Below are positions 23,207 to 35,740 of a stretch of DNA of 42,113 nucleotides, in pieces. The notes beneath the pieces were generated by a model. It was not told the origin of the DNA. It did no database searches and saw nothing but the letters and a program-made list of their open reading frames with translations. Each line of letters begins with the position of its first letter. The stretch's first letter is position 1. The position numbers and the translations under genes were made by a program. Origin of the DNA: Tubiluchus corallicola (Eukaryota; Animalia; Priapulida); contig JAQGDQ010000620.1 of NCBI GenBank assembly GCA_030141605.1, forward strand, positions 84,223 through 126,335. The letters are read 5' to 3'.

Positions 23207-25205
23207 CAATGTGTCACGCTTAAATATGTTATGTTATTCACAGTAAGATAAGTTCTACCTGATATGTGAAGATTTTTTACAGTTTACCTTGTGCAAACTC
23301 TCCTAACTCAACTCAATTTATTAGGGGTGTGGTGGGACCAGAACCCGTTTTGTTATCAAAGATAATTGCTCTAAAATGAAATACTGGCCCAGAAGAAGTG
23401 TTTTGGCCACGTTCGTATATGTATTCATCCTCCGTCAGTGAAGTAAAGACCCATGAACAGTATGCACGTGAAACAATTCAAAAGAAACATTGGTTACTCA
23501 TTTATTAACTGACCAGACTTGGCATTGCTTAAGTTCGATCGCTAAGCACGCACAGCGACTGTTTTGCTCTGAATAAGATGCTGAGCTAAGTATGTACCTT
23601 AGGGTTCTTTTCTGGGTTAATTTTTTATACGCGTTTTATTCAAAACTATTTTATTCGACTTGACTAATTTTGCATCATTGCAGTTGACGTAATGATTGTC
23701 TGATGATGTCAATAGTTTTGGACAATTTCACACAACTAGTGGAATTACAAAAGGCAGCAAAATCCCAGATTTTTTGTAACTTGTAAATGTAGTATTGACA
23801 ATCATTGAAAGTGATTGACTCGTAGTACAGATACGTTATCAGTTTGGAACTTTAAGCAAAATATTTCCCAGTTACTATCACCACAAAGTGCATGTAAATA
23901 AGTTAAGTACATGCAGGGTACAGTTGAACCTAGCTTTCCACATTTAGTACGCTTGCACTAAGGTCGTACGAACTAGTGTACTTTGAGCCACGTGCTGTCT
24001 AAATCAATGCGTCGTTCACGTTGTTCGAAAGAGAGATTCTCTATCAATTATTAAGATTTTCGAAAATGTGGCACCAAGTGTTTAACCGAGTGCCCGAAAG
24101 GTGGCAGCACTGATTCTTTTCTCTTGCTGTTACAATCATGTAATTGAATCTTTACTGAAACATAAATTATATGAATTTGTTTTTTGCTAAACTTAGGCGC
24201 TTTTAATCTCCAAAAACTTTGCGCACAAATTCTTTAAAAGACGATTTCAAAATCGAACAAACTCTGAACGTTAATTATAAAAGTCTTTGTGCTGCCATCT
24301 TTTAGCTAGTTAGTAAATCATCAAAACAATTATGTACTTTTTTTACTACTTTTTCGTTTGTGCCATCCTTTCCTGTGCCATTTTTACCTGTATCATTTTT
24401 ACTTTCCATTTGCGCCATTTATTCCTGTGCCGTTTTAAAATGCACCATTTTTACTGCACACCGCAAAGATCAACATAATTCGTTTTCGAGTTGACCAACC
24501 TTTTTGGTCACATGATCCCTATTAATAAATACACGTAGTTAAAATACACGTAGTTTTATGTGACTGCGTTTAAGAAAGATGTATTACATTTTTGTGAATT
24601 TTATTTTGTGTGAAATATTGTAGGAACTGAACTGCAATTCCATTTCTGACTGAATTTTGGATAACTGAACGGAATTGCAAATTTATCATCACAACTGTTT
24701 ATGCTGTGTTACCATCATCATTGATAAATTTGTAAAAAAGTTCTAGTTTAACACTATTACCTACAACAGTCCTTGACTGGTTATGCATATATTATATTTT
24801 CATGTATATTGTCTTGCCTGTTTATGTGCAAAACTTGTGCAATAAAGACTAAACTACAGACGGTACCTGGCCGATATCTGGTAAAACTACTCAGGGTGGT
24901 TCGGTACCAGCAGATGCGGAGATTCTGACATCCATCCCCAGAATGATGCGTAAGAGAAACAATACCTTTATTGGCAAATTACATGAAGCAGATACGAATA
25001 TAATGTAAAGAAATAGAATTTGCACCATTTTGAATTAATCTAACTGGACCAGTAGAAGTGGAGTAACCGCTTTTATACAGACCAGATGCATAAATTGGCT
25101 TCAACAGAAACTTGCATTTTGCGTGAAAGGGGTGTTCAGTACAATATATATATATCTGTTATCTGGCATTGCGAATGGCTGGCATAAACTAATAGGATCA
25201 TTTGT

Positions 25206-25843
25206 CTTGAAATTTTATACCACTTAATTTCTGTCTTTTTGCATAGTATACTAGCGTCGACAGTAACACTGTATAAAACATGTAAATTTAAACTCCCGCG
25301 ATGACCGTTAGACGCAGCCATTTTGACGATAAGTCATTTGAAACAAGTTTAGATAACATTTTGTAAAGTTTGAAAAAATAATCAGAGCATTCCTAGCGCA
25401 AACGTCACTAACTAAATAAAATTTAAAATTACTGTATCTTGTCAATAAGATTAAAAAGACGTTTTTGTTTAGTGAGTGGTGCACCCTGGAGGTGAGTCAA
25501 CGACATTTTACCAATTGGTGAAAGCATTTTAGATAATCAATAATTTTCCTTTCTAGTTACATAAGTCTTTCAAGCAGGTAAGCGAAATGCTAAGTAACAT
25601 AACTTTGTATGGAATGTTTTTTGGGACATAATTTAACACTTTCCTTTTCATCCCCTGATTTACGTTTGCGTAGTGACATCATGTAATGGCGTCGTCGGAG
25701 CAGTATCGCGGAAAATTTAAAATGAAAACAAACAAAAAATTCTTTCAACGCGAGTACGATGCACACATAAATTTGCTGTAAAGTAACATAAATTTTAAGG
25801 CGACTTTTCTGAAACCTACTCCAGGTACCCTTTTTCTTGTCCT
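25206..25843. mobile_element. Kolobok-like element family B, copy 1
   Basis: Ends TTTTCTTGTCCT|TTAA; homologous to 38374-38862. Confidence 0.6.
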
Positions 25844-26659
25844 TTAACTGATAGGTAATAATTTAATAGGCAAACAAACAGTTTGTCTTTGGAACTCCCT
25901 CCCATCTGCTATTGTGGAAGTTGTAATTGTACATTTTTTTAGGTGCTGCCATCTATGAACTAATCCTTTTACATTTTACTAGCTAAACTCACCCCCAGTA
26001 TAAATGTACGGTACAGTGAATGCATATTCACTGGATCTCTCCCCATTTTACAGTAATGGTTTTTGTGAAGCCAAGGCTGCATAGGTTACCTACACCTATA
26101 TATACTGACTGGTTTTACTTTCTAGCCTCTGTCTAACTCTCAGTGTTCAGTGCAGGACACTCTCATTCTCAGTGTTCAGTGCAGCAGTCATTCTACTTAC
26201 GTGTATTTAGTTTAATAAACACTTTTCTGTGCAAATATGCAGTATAGTTTTTTCTACAAAGTGAGTGATCTACAACTTTAAACATGACTTTCACAGCTAT
26301 AAAACGGTCACAATCATTGACTATATTCAAGGAAAAACTAAAACAACAGCAACTAAGTAGATTTCAAAAACCAACTCATGTGAAGTACTGCCACTATAAC
26401 TCTAGTCACTGCTGTATAAGCAAATGAACTAAAGATTCATTCTAGGTCAGTTTGTTATCAAGCACGCCAAACGTTCAATGAATAATTTTGATTGCTGTAC
26501 TACTGACGATAAATTTTAGTCTGAATAGAATTTTGTGACGTATATTTTTTGCTTTTATGTTTTTGTAATTTTACTACTGGCACACTAGATATTTTTGAAA
26601 TAAAATGCTGTTCATATTTTAATAAAATGCTAACGTAAAAGTTAGTATAGAATTTATGT

Positions 26660-27590
26660 AAAAATGGCACTGAGGAAATGGCAGCAATGGAAAAGTAGGT
26701 AAAAATGGCACTGTGGAAATGGCAGCAATGGAAAAGTCGGTAAAAATGGCACTGTGGAAATGGCAGCAATGGAAAAGTCGGTAAAAATGGCACTGTGGAA
26801 ATGAAAAATGGCACTGTGGAAATGGCAGCAATGGAAAAGTCGGTAAAAATGGCACTGTGGAAATGGCAGCAATGGAAAAGTCGGTAAAAATGGCACTGTG
26901 GAAATGGCAGCAATGGAAAAGTCGGTAAAAATGGCACTGTGGAAATGGCAGCAATGGAAAAGTCGGTAAAAATGGCACTGTGGAAATGGCAGCAATGGAA
27001 AAGTCGGTAAAAATGGCACTGTGGAAATGGCAGCAATTTCAAAGTCGGTAAAAATGGCACTGTGGAAATGGCAGCAATTTCAAAGTCGGTAAAAATGGCA
27101 CTGTGGAAATGGCAGCAATTTCAAAGTCGGTAAAAATGGCACTGTGGAAATGGCAGCAATTTCAAAGTCGGTAAAAATGGCACTGAGGAAATGGCAGCAA
27201 TTTCAAAGTCGGTAAAAATGGCACTGAGGAAATGGCAGCAATTTCAAAGTAGGTAAAAATGGCACTGAGGAAATGGCAGCAATGGAAAAGTAGGTAAAAA
27301 TGGCACTGAGGAAATGGCAGCAATGGAAAAGTGGGTAAAAATGGCACTGTGGAAATGGCAGCAATGGAAAAGTGGGTAAAAATGGCACTGTGGAAATGGC
27401 AGCAATGGAAAAGTGGGTAAAAATGGCACTGAGGAAATGGCAGCAATGGAAAAGTGGGTAAAAATGGCACTGAGGAAATGGCAGCAATGGAAAAGTGGGT
27501 AAAAATGGCACTGAGGAAATGGCAGCAATGGAAAAGTAGGTAAAAATGGCACAGGAAATATGGCAGCAATGGAAAAGTAGGAAAAAATGT
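26660..27590. repeat. 41-bp minisatellite, about 22 copies arranged in variant blocks
   Basis: AAAAATGGCACTGWGGAAATGGCAGCAATGGAAAAGTCGGT. Confidence 0.97.
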
Positions 27591-27626
27591 ACATAATTAT
27601 TTTGATGCAATTGTTTTCTGTAATAA

Positions 27627-28275
27627 AACTAGAATGCGCTCAGTAGAAAGCAGATCTCTGTCAAAACCAAACAATTCTAAACTTTTTCGTCATACACACA
27701 GAACAAACAGAACAACAAGCAAACATACATAAATGTGCCCGTATTGGTAATATATAAACTAGCAAACATTCACTAAATATTTGTTCATTAAATAAATTTA
27801 TAATCAATAATGCTCGAATGTTCTACTTAGTGTTTTTCTACCCTTTTAACCATTAAATTTGGCGTTGGTAATAAATTGACAAATCTATTCGTACCAAGTC
27901 ACCTTATAAACCCTTACACAATATAATCAAAGGTTATAAACAGCGTTACGCAGTTTTACAAGCGAGAATTTCTAGAAATGGAACTGGAAGTAACTCGCTT
28001 TTGTTTGTCCAGGTGTGGGTAACAAAATCAAAGTACTAAACACTCCATCTGCGACCTCCACGAAGTGCTTCACGAATGTTTTTTTGTACTTGGTGTTCGG
28101 TCAAGTTTTGCGGAAAAAAAACCGGTGAAAACTTTCCCATTTTGGCAGCTTATATCCGCCTTTTTTCACAAAGTTTCTTGGAAATCTGTTAAATAGTTTT
28201 TTCGTCATAGGTTTACTAACATAACAGACAAACAAACAAAGTGTGTTGAAGCATAACTTCTTAGGTAGAAATAAA
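27627..28275 (+). mobile_element. Degenerate Helentron-associated (HINE/DINE-like) element, nested
   Basis: Starts AACTAGAATGCGCTCAG...GCAGATCTCTGTCAA; ends with an ACAGACAAACAAACAAA microsatellite then CATAACTTCTTAGGTAGAAATAA, the typical HINE layout. Confidence 0.5.
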
Positions 28276-28966
28276 AGTAACTAAAATAATTATCTCCCCT
28301 GTAATCCTAAACCTAAACATAATTATATTTTTCTGTGTGCCATATTGTATAAGCCCAAGTGTGCCATTTTTTCTGTGAGATTTCTACCTATTTTTCCATT
28401 TGCGCCATCTATCCTATGTCATTTTTTGCGGTGTCATTTTTACCTACATTCGAACATACTAGAAGTCAATTGACTGGTTTACCATTTATTACTGCTTAAT
28501 TTTTATGATTAATTTACTGATGCGACGATTCTTACAAAAAATCAATATTATGAGATTTGAGAAATTAATTATAAATAGTTTATAAAATTTAATAAATAAA
28601 AAAAAAAATAGGTACAACATTAAATTTTATTTGTGCCCAAATGTCTCGTATTATTTGCTCAAATGACATACGTGTATCAACCCACACGGGTTGCTGTACA
28701 CGACAACATCCACTCTATACACAATTAAAACAATGTAGCTGCTGGCTTTATTAGTTGCCTTGACTACAAGACGCGCGTGCTCGTTGATTGTACGTTTGCC
28801 CATTGTTCACAACGCAGTACAGTATATACAGTGGAAATAGGTAGATGTGGACAGCGGTTACCGTTGTCCACGTCTTTTTTACAAACTACCAGTGTGTTTT
28901 GCGTATCATTTTAACAAACTGAAATTTAATACTTAGTGAATACGATAATATTAGACAACTTTGCTG

Positions 28967-28998
28967 TATAAAAAGAACTTCAACGGACGGTGTCAGTT
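28967..28998 (+). promoter_or_regulatory. TATA box and initiator of the WAP/thyroglobulin gene
   Basis: TATAAAA at 28967 and TCAGTT at 28993; the Inr A lies 28 nt after the first T of the TATA box. Confidence 0.55.
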
Positions 28999-29246
28999 GC
29001 CATATGATGTGAGTCACTGTTGATGGACTTCTACAAAAATGAGCGAAGTTTTAAGTGACGTTAGATTATACTACAGAAAACTGCGATAAAAGCAAGGCTG
29101 AACACCAAAGACTTCCTAAACGAAGTAACGCTTGGGAAGAGAGGAAACGAACAGCATTTCTTTGAGGATTACAGTACTGGAATGTAAAACCTCGTTATAT
29201 TAAGAACCACCAGATTTTACTGTTTGACAGCAGCACAACTACAGGC

Positions 29247-30740
29247 ATGTTTTACCTAATAACTAGCTTTGTTCTACTGCTTCAGCTATGTGATTTCAGC
29301 AGTGCTATCTTCTTTCCAAAATGGGGCAGTTGTTTGTTCGCTCAGCAAGAATGGCCGAAAGTATGCCCTTTTATATTTCCATGCAGAACTCACTACGATT
29401 GCCCACAATCGAGATTATGTTGTAAAAATCCCAACTGTGATGTTAAACAGTGCATTATTCCTAAGTTAACACACTGCCAGGTAGCGCAAAGAACTGCTGA
29501 CATGATTGAGATGCTTAATCATCATCGCCCTGATTGCCTTGATAGCGGTGAATGGAACCCGGTGCAAATAGACGAATATAACAAAGAATCATGGTGTGTT
29601 GACAAGTACGGCTATGAGAAACCCAACACAAGAGTTACAGGTGAAGGTCGTGTTGCCAAATGTGCTATGGATATCGTTCATCCTATTTTGTGCAACTTTA
29701 AGCCGAAAGAATGTACACCAAAAAGATGCCCGTATGGTTTTGATATGGTTGATGGATGCCCATCTTGTGACAAATGCAGGCCCGATCTTTGTAAATCAAT
29801 AAAATGTCCATCTGGCGCCAGCGATGTGCATTATTACCTTGAACTAACAGGTATATGCAATAGCTTAGTTGTAACTTGTGAAGATGATTACTGCCCTAAT
29901 CTTCCAGAGTGTGAATTTAAATTTAAGGACATAGGAGTTACCACTGCTGTTCCTCCTTTTGAATTGCCAAAGTATGGTTCCTGTCCTAAAAAGGTTTGGC
30001 TGGAAGCATGGAATGTCAAAGGAATGACCAGACCTTGCCCAAGGATTGGAAACGAATGCGAAAATCACAAGGATTGCCCAAGAACTAGATTGTGTTGTAA
30101 ACTGTCAGGATGTCCCAGCCTTGTTTGTACTCCACCCAAGTTAACAAAATGTCAACGAGGGCAGATCCATGCGGACCTTCTTCTGTCACTCGGAATTCAC
30201 CGCCCTGATTGCCTTAAAAACGGTAAATACAACCCAGTACAAATTCATGAGTATTTCAAACAATCGTGGTGTGTCGACAAGAAAGGTGTCGAGATACCAG
30301 GCACAAGAGTGAGAAATGGTGCTATTGCCAAATGTGCCAAATCCTTTGTGCTTCCAACTCCATGTCCTATCTGTGCAACACCATCACCAATACCATGCCC
30401 ATTCGGATTCGAAATGTTCCCAAGTGGGTGCCTAGACTGTGACAAATGCTTGCCTAATCCTTGTCCTCCAATACCTTGTCCTATAGGCCCATGGCCTATT
30501 CGTCCTGATTTCATCTTTGATGGTAAGTGCAGACCCATACCAATAGAGTGTGAGGATGAGTTCTGTCCTCAGCTTCCAGAATGCATATTCATGTACAAAG
30601 AAGAAGGTACTACAATGACAACGGCTAATACTACTACATCTTATAATCCACCTGGAGGTGGAGCAGTGCAGATCTTGAATCTGGTTCTACTGAAATCCTG
30701 TCTTTTGTTTTATTATTATACAGTAAAATCTCTTCTTTAA
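29247..30740 (+). CDS. Secreted, probably GPI-anchored cysteine-rich protein: 2 x [WAP, thyroglobulin type-1, antistasin-like, Cys-rich]; putative multi-domain protease inhibitor
   Basis: 497-aa ATG-to-stop ORF; N-terminal signal peptide; two 8-Cys WAP cores (K.GSC...DCP...LCC); two PDC...G...PVQ...WCVD..G.E..T domains; CPYGF..DGC..C..C motifs; Thr-rich stalk and hydrophobic C-terminus. Confidence 0.93.
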   Translation: MFYLITSFVLLLQLCDFSSAIFFPKWGSCLFAQQEWPKVCPFIFPCRTHYDCPQSRLCCKNPNCDVKQCIIPKLTHCQVAQRTADMIEMLNHHRPDCLDSGEWNPVQIDEYNKESWCVDKYGYEKPNTRVTGEGRVAKCAMDIVHPILCNFKPKECTPKRCPYGFDMVDGCPSCDKCRPDLCKSIKCPSGASDVHYYLELTGICNSLVVTCEDDYCPNLPECEFKFKDIGVTTAVPPFELPKYGSCPKKVWLEAWNVKGMTRPCPRIGNECENHKDCPRTRLCCKLSGCPSLVCTPPKLTKCQRGQIHADLLLSLGIHRPDCLKNGKYNPVQIHEYFKQSWCVDKKGVEIPGTRVRNGAIAKCAKSFVLPTPCPICATPSPIPCPFGFEMFPSGCLDCDKCLPNPCPPIPCPIGPWPIRPDFIFDGKCRPIPIECEDEFCPQLPECIFMYKEEGTTMTTANTTTSYNPPGGGAVQILNLVLLKSCLLFYYYTVKSLL

Positions 30741-30745
30741 ATTGT

Positions 30746-31400
30746 CTGTGTTATTAATTCATTATATGTAATAACATATGAAAAAGTCAGACTATGTAAT
30801 GAAGTGTTTCGAGGTACAGTAGTAAGTTTCGTTCACGTGTGTGTATTATTAATTCACTATAATTGCAATATTCAAAAATTCTTGATTGTAGAATGAAGTT
30901 TTTTCATGAAGTAGGTAGGTAAAAGTAAGTTTCTTTGATACTGTTGCGTTGTAGTATTAATAATTCATTTTAGACTTTACAGCTAATAAGTATGAAAGGA
31001 GGATTACATAAAAATAGTTGTTGAGTGAATTTTGATTAGATATTTGTGCTACATGTATTATAGTTCATTATGGTTTAGAAGATAGTCATACAGTTGAATT
31101 GTACAATAAAGTGTTAAGTGAATTTTGATTAGATATTTGTGCTATTATAGTTCATTATGGTTTAGAAGATAGTCACAAAGTTGAATTGTACAATAAAGTG
31201 TGTGTATTAAATGTATTAAGTTCAAACGCAATGTAATTAGAAGTTAAATGTAATTTTAAATGGATTAAGCTTCCTTCATTTTTTGTAATTCAATATAGTT
31301 AACAGTGTAACAGAAATTGAATTATACAATAAAATGTTTTTAAATACGTAGATAAGTTTCGTTCACCTATTTGACGCATTTGTGTTACTAATACGTTGTA
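30746..31400 (+). repeat. Degenerate tandem array (about 90-110 bp unit) in the 3' UTR region, carrying poly(A) signals
   Basis: Near-identical pair at 31019-31110 and 31111-31200, both ending TGTACAATAAAG; another AATAAA at 31328; older copies share TATTAATTCA and GTAAGTTTC. Confidence 0.65.
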
Positions 31401-32366
31401 GGTAACATTGTAAAAAAGCCAGTATTGAATGCGAAGCGTACTAGGTTACTATCTTATTACACGCAATCATGCACATGCTTTTGCATGTAAAAAGTACAAA
31501 CTTTAGTACTTTGTTTCAGATGATGCACTTTCATCGCCTTTAAGTTGTTCAACAATTTTTTTGCAATAATTTTCTATTGAGACGTCATAATATTAAAAGA
31601 AAAGAAAAGTCAGTCAGTATGTTGGGTTTATTTTACTGTTATCATTTAAACTTACAAAAATCTAACAAAGAAATTCGCAAAAAACTACCATTGAATAGAA
31701 TTTTTCAGGCATGGTGGTTGTCGCTAATTACTTGAAAATTATGACGTAACTAAAGAGACTTCGTGACTTTCCGTAAGCGCATCGTAGCTTGCCGTCAGCG
31801 CACGCCGCTTAAACTAATTCACATTCAAAATATTACAAAATTAGCTATCTAATTGTTTTGTAAAAACTTTTTATACTTTTGATGAAAAATTGACAGTGCA
31901 CTACTTTTGTTTAGGACGAATGACGTCATTGGAAGAAGAATGGGTATTAAAAATGGGATCGCCCTAGCTACACGAGGCACTTATTGGAGTTTTATTACTA
32001 AGTCTAACATTTTTTGCGAACATTGAAAAAAGCCTTGTGTTTTCCTTTAATCACATCACGCCACAAAACAACAACAACATTGTTGAAATTGCATTAAATA
32101 ACAAACGCGTCCATTGATGAGTAAACATTCGCACTTTTTAATTCTGAACTGATGGTCATAAGCTAGCTAGCTAACAGACACACGTGTATCAATGTTACAG
32201 AATCTGAATTGAGTGGAACTCTAGTACCGACCAAATGAGTAAGTGGCAGACTTTTGGGTTATATGATCTAAAACTAGACCGACAACACTGTGAATTGAAC
32301 TGCTTTATAGTCTCATTCACCAGAAAAAGTTGGATTAACGGCTTGTAAAATGGTATCGCCGATGGA

Positions 32367-34410
32367 GCTGAATTTGGGGTCAACCCTCCCTGCAGTCCCG
32401 TGTTTAGTTCCTGCTTTACCTGGATTTGGAGGTCAACCATGCAGTCCCGTGTTTAGTTCCTGCTTTGGCTGGATTTGGAGGTCAACCCTGCAGTCCCGTG
32501 TTTAGTTCCTGCTTTGGCTGGATTCGGAGGTCAACCATGCAGTCCCTTGTTTAGTTGCTGCTTTGGCTGGATTTGGAGGTCAACCCTGCAGTCCCGTGTT
32601 TAGTTCCTGCTTTGGCTGGATTTGGAGGTCAACCATGCAGTCCCTTGTTTAGTTGCTGCTTTGGCTGGATTTAGGGTCCACCTTGCAGTCCCGTGTTTAG
32701 TTGCTGCTTTGGCTGGATTTGGGGTCGACCCTACAGTCCCTTGTTTAGTTGCTGCTTTGGCTGGATTTGGGGGTCAACCTGAAGTCCCGTGTTTAGTTGC
32801 TTTGAATTTGGGGTCAACCCTGCAGTCCCTTGTTTAGTTGCTGCTTTGGCTGGATTTGGGGGTCAACCTTGCAGTCCCGTGTTTAGTTGCTGCTTTGGCT
32901 GGATTTGGGGTCAACTTTGCACTCCCGTGTTTAGTTGCCGCTTTGGCTGGATTTGGAGGTCAACCATGCAGTCGATTGTTTAGTTGCTGCTTTGGCTGGA
33001 TTTGGGGTCAAATTTGCACTCCCGTGTTTAGTTGCTGCCTTGGCTGGATTTGGAGGTCAACCATGCAGTCGATTGTTTAGTTGCTGCTTTGGTTGGATTT
33101 GCGGGTCAACCTTACAGTCCTTTGTTTAGTTGCTGCTTTGGCTGGATTTGGGGTCAACCTTGTAGTCCCGTGTTTAGTTGCTGCTTTGGCTGGATTTGGA
33201 GTCAACCCTGCAGTCCCTTGTTTAGTTGCTCCTTTACCTGGATTTGGAGATCAACCCTGCAGTCCCGTGTTTAGTTCCTGCTTTACCTGGATTCGGAGGT
33301 CCACCTTGCAGTCCCTTGTTTAGTTGCTGCTTTGGCTGGATTTGGAGGTCAACCCTGCAGTCCCGTGTTTAGTTCCTGCTTTGGCTGGATTTGGAGGTCA
33401 ACCATGCAGTCCCTTGTTTAGTTGCTGCTTTGGCTGGATTTAGGGTCCACCTTGCAGTCCCGTGTTTAGTTGCTGCTTTGGCTGGATTTGGGGTCGACCC
33501 TACAGTCCCTTGTTTAGTTGCTGCTTTGGCTGGATTTGGGGGTCAACCATGCAGTCTATTGTTTAGTTGCTGCTTTGGCTGAATTTGGGGTCAACCCTGC
33601 AGTCCAGTGTTTAGTTGCTGCTTTGAATTTGGGGTCGACCCTACAGCCCCTTGTTTAGTTGCTGCTTTGGCTGAATTTGGGGTCAACCCTGCAGTCCCTT
33701 GTTTAGTTGCTGCTTTGGCTGGATTTGGGGTCAACCATACAGTCCCTTGTTTAGTTGCTGCTTTGGCTGAATTTGGGGTCAACCTGAAGTCCCGTGTTTA
33801 GTTGCTGCTTTGGCTGAATTTGGGGTCAACCTGAAGTCCCGTGTTTAGTTGCTGCTTTGAATTTGGGGTCAACCCTGCAGTCCCGTGTTTAGTTGCTGCT
33901 TTGGCTGAATTTGGGGGTCAACCTTGCAGTCCCGTGTTTAGTTGCTGCTTTGAATTTGGGGTCAACCCTGCAGTCCCGTGTTTAGTTGCTGCTTTGGCTG
34001 GATTTGGGGGTCAACCTTGCAGTCCCGTGTTTAGTTGCTGCTTTGGCTGGATTTGGAGGTCAACCATGCAGTCGATTGTTTAGTTGCTGCTTTGGCTGGA
34101 TTTGGGGTCAACTTTGCACTCCCGTGTTTAGTTGCCGCTTTGGCTGGATTTGGAGGTCAACCATGCAGTCGATTGTTTAGTTGCTGCTTTGGCTGGATTT
34201 GGGGGTCAACTTTGTAGTCCCGTGTTTAGTTGCTTTGAATTTGGGGTCAACCCTGCAGTCCTTTGTTTAGTTGCTGCTTTGGCTGAATTTGGGGTCAACC
34301 CTGCAGTCCCGTGTTTAGTTGCTGCTTTGGCTGGATTTGGAGTCAACCCTGCAGTCTATTGTTTAGTTGCTCCTTTACCTGGATTTGGGGGTCAACTCTG
34401 CAGTCCCTCT
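32367..34410. repeat. 48/49-bp minisatellite, about 42 copies
   Basis: GCTGGATTTGGRGGTCAACCCTGCAGTCCCGTGTTTAGTTGCTGCTTTG. Confidence 0.97.
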
Positions 34411-35138
34411 GCAGTCCCTCTGTAGTGATCTTAATATGACAGCTATTTAAGAGCACCTGCGTTGATCGACGTTTTAGAAATGTGCATCGAAGCCCCAAAG
34501 GTTAAGTGTAATATTAGAATACAGAAAAACAGTAATGATCGACAGTTATCAGTAAGTAAGTAAGTAATGGTATGTTAATGGTGAATATCAGCAGAAAAGG
34601 ATGATCAAAAAAGTTGAAGGTCGGCAGAGAATAATCTTTTAACGAAAACAAAAAAATTGTCAGTGTGACGTGGAATAGAACCTGTGTTAAATTCTCTCCC
34701 GTCTCGTTACAGAGGGAAGGGGATGTTCGTTGGAGATACTCACTAGGAGGAGATCGTTGAAGAACGGTTAAGCGGCATAGGACTTTGCGAAGATCTCTCA
34801 TACTTCCTTAATGAATTCTCTGTGAACACTCCGAAACTTGAGACTAAAATTGGCGAGTGAATTCTATATTTTGTTAATAATGTTGCTGCGTAATTGAAGT
34901 GAGTTAAAGTAGTTATTTCTTTTGAAAAAGTGAATTTAGATTTTGTGTTATAGGAGTCCTTACTTAGCACTGTCTAATTTAAATTTAATTTATTCTAAAA
35001 TGGAAGCACGTAGTTAAATATGCTCGTTGCGCTTACGTCTCTTAAGCTTTCTGTACATCATATTTTCTGCTTACGCTTTCTGTATCTTTAATTTTTTAAA
35101 TTAATTTAATGTTTTTGATTAAGGAGTATTCTATCAAT

Positions 35139-35231
35139 ATGACTAGCGCTGACGTTAGAGATATTTTGGAGATCGACTCGTCGGAGCAGCAGACCGTAAC
35201 AAAGGAAAGTCTGTTTAATGATGATAAAAAG
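35139..35231 (+). CDS. DMAP1: DNA methyltransferase 1-associated protein 1 (SWC4/EAF2), coding exon 1
   Basis: MTSADVRDILEIDSSEQQTVTKESLFNDDKK|gtgatt; the ADVRDILE motif marks the DMAP1 N-terminus. Confidence 0.93.
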
Positions 35232-35463
35232 GTGATTTATTTTCACACATAATATTGCATACAATTAGATTTAATTATAATGATGATATTTAATTTTGTT
35301 CATGATGAACTCATTAATTGATTAACAATACTGCTTGGTTAGAAGCCATTTTGTTTGCTTTTCCTATATAAGCAGTTAAAAAGTGTTAGAGCCTTTTAAC
35401 TGAAGTAGTTTCGTGATATTTACAACATAAATATATTTTGCCCTAAAATTGTCCTAGTTTGAG

Positions 35464-35740
35464 CATAGGTGTACGGGCCACTTCTAGAGGGGGCTGAGCC
35501 ACTCTTGCCCGAAAAATACAGTGCCAACCCGAAGAAAGTCCCGAGTTGGGAATTGCCTCACCCTACTCCATGATAAAAAAAAATGCTTGGATTTCGGGTA
35601 CTTTGTTTGGCGGAATGGAGAAATTTTGAGGTTTCCTCTTACGAAACATATTATTTCATCTTTTGCCCAGTGCCCGAATCCAGCTGCAGCAACAACACCC
35701 CCCCCCCCCCCGACCCAGCCCCCTGGCTCGTATGCCTGTG
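35464..35740. mobile_element. GC-rich MITE (Harbinger-like)
   Basis: TIRs CATAGGTGTACGGGCCA / TGGCTCGTATGCCTGTG; a related end occurs at 7266. Confidence 0.6.

Larger units (their letters stand above)
26650..28451. mobile_element. Foldback-type element with modular inverted ends
   Basis: Left end GAATTTATGTAAAAATGGCAC matches the reverse complement of the right end GTGTCATTTTTACCTACATTC; inverted GTGCCATTTTT modules at 28330-28451. Confidence 0.55.

Noticed and set aside
26500-27610. Cys/His/Phe-rich repetitive ORFs
   Set aside because: The 41-bp unit cycles through frames; no coding signal
29269-30538. Short ORFs overlapping the 497-aa gene
   Set aside because: Alternative-frame or antisense shadows of the real CDS
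31580-31930. Several CRE-like TGACGT(C/A)A motifs
   Set aside because: The motif is common in MITEs across this window and is not tied to a promoter
32622-34425. Hydrophobic VPCLVAALAGFG repeat ORFs
   Set aside because: Products of the 48/49-bp minisatellite with constant frameshifts
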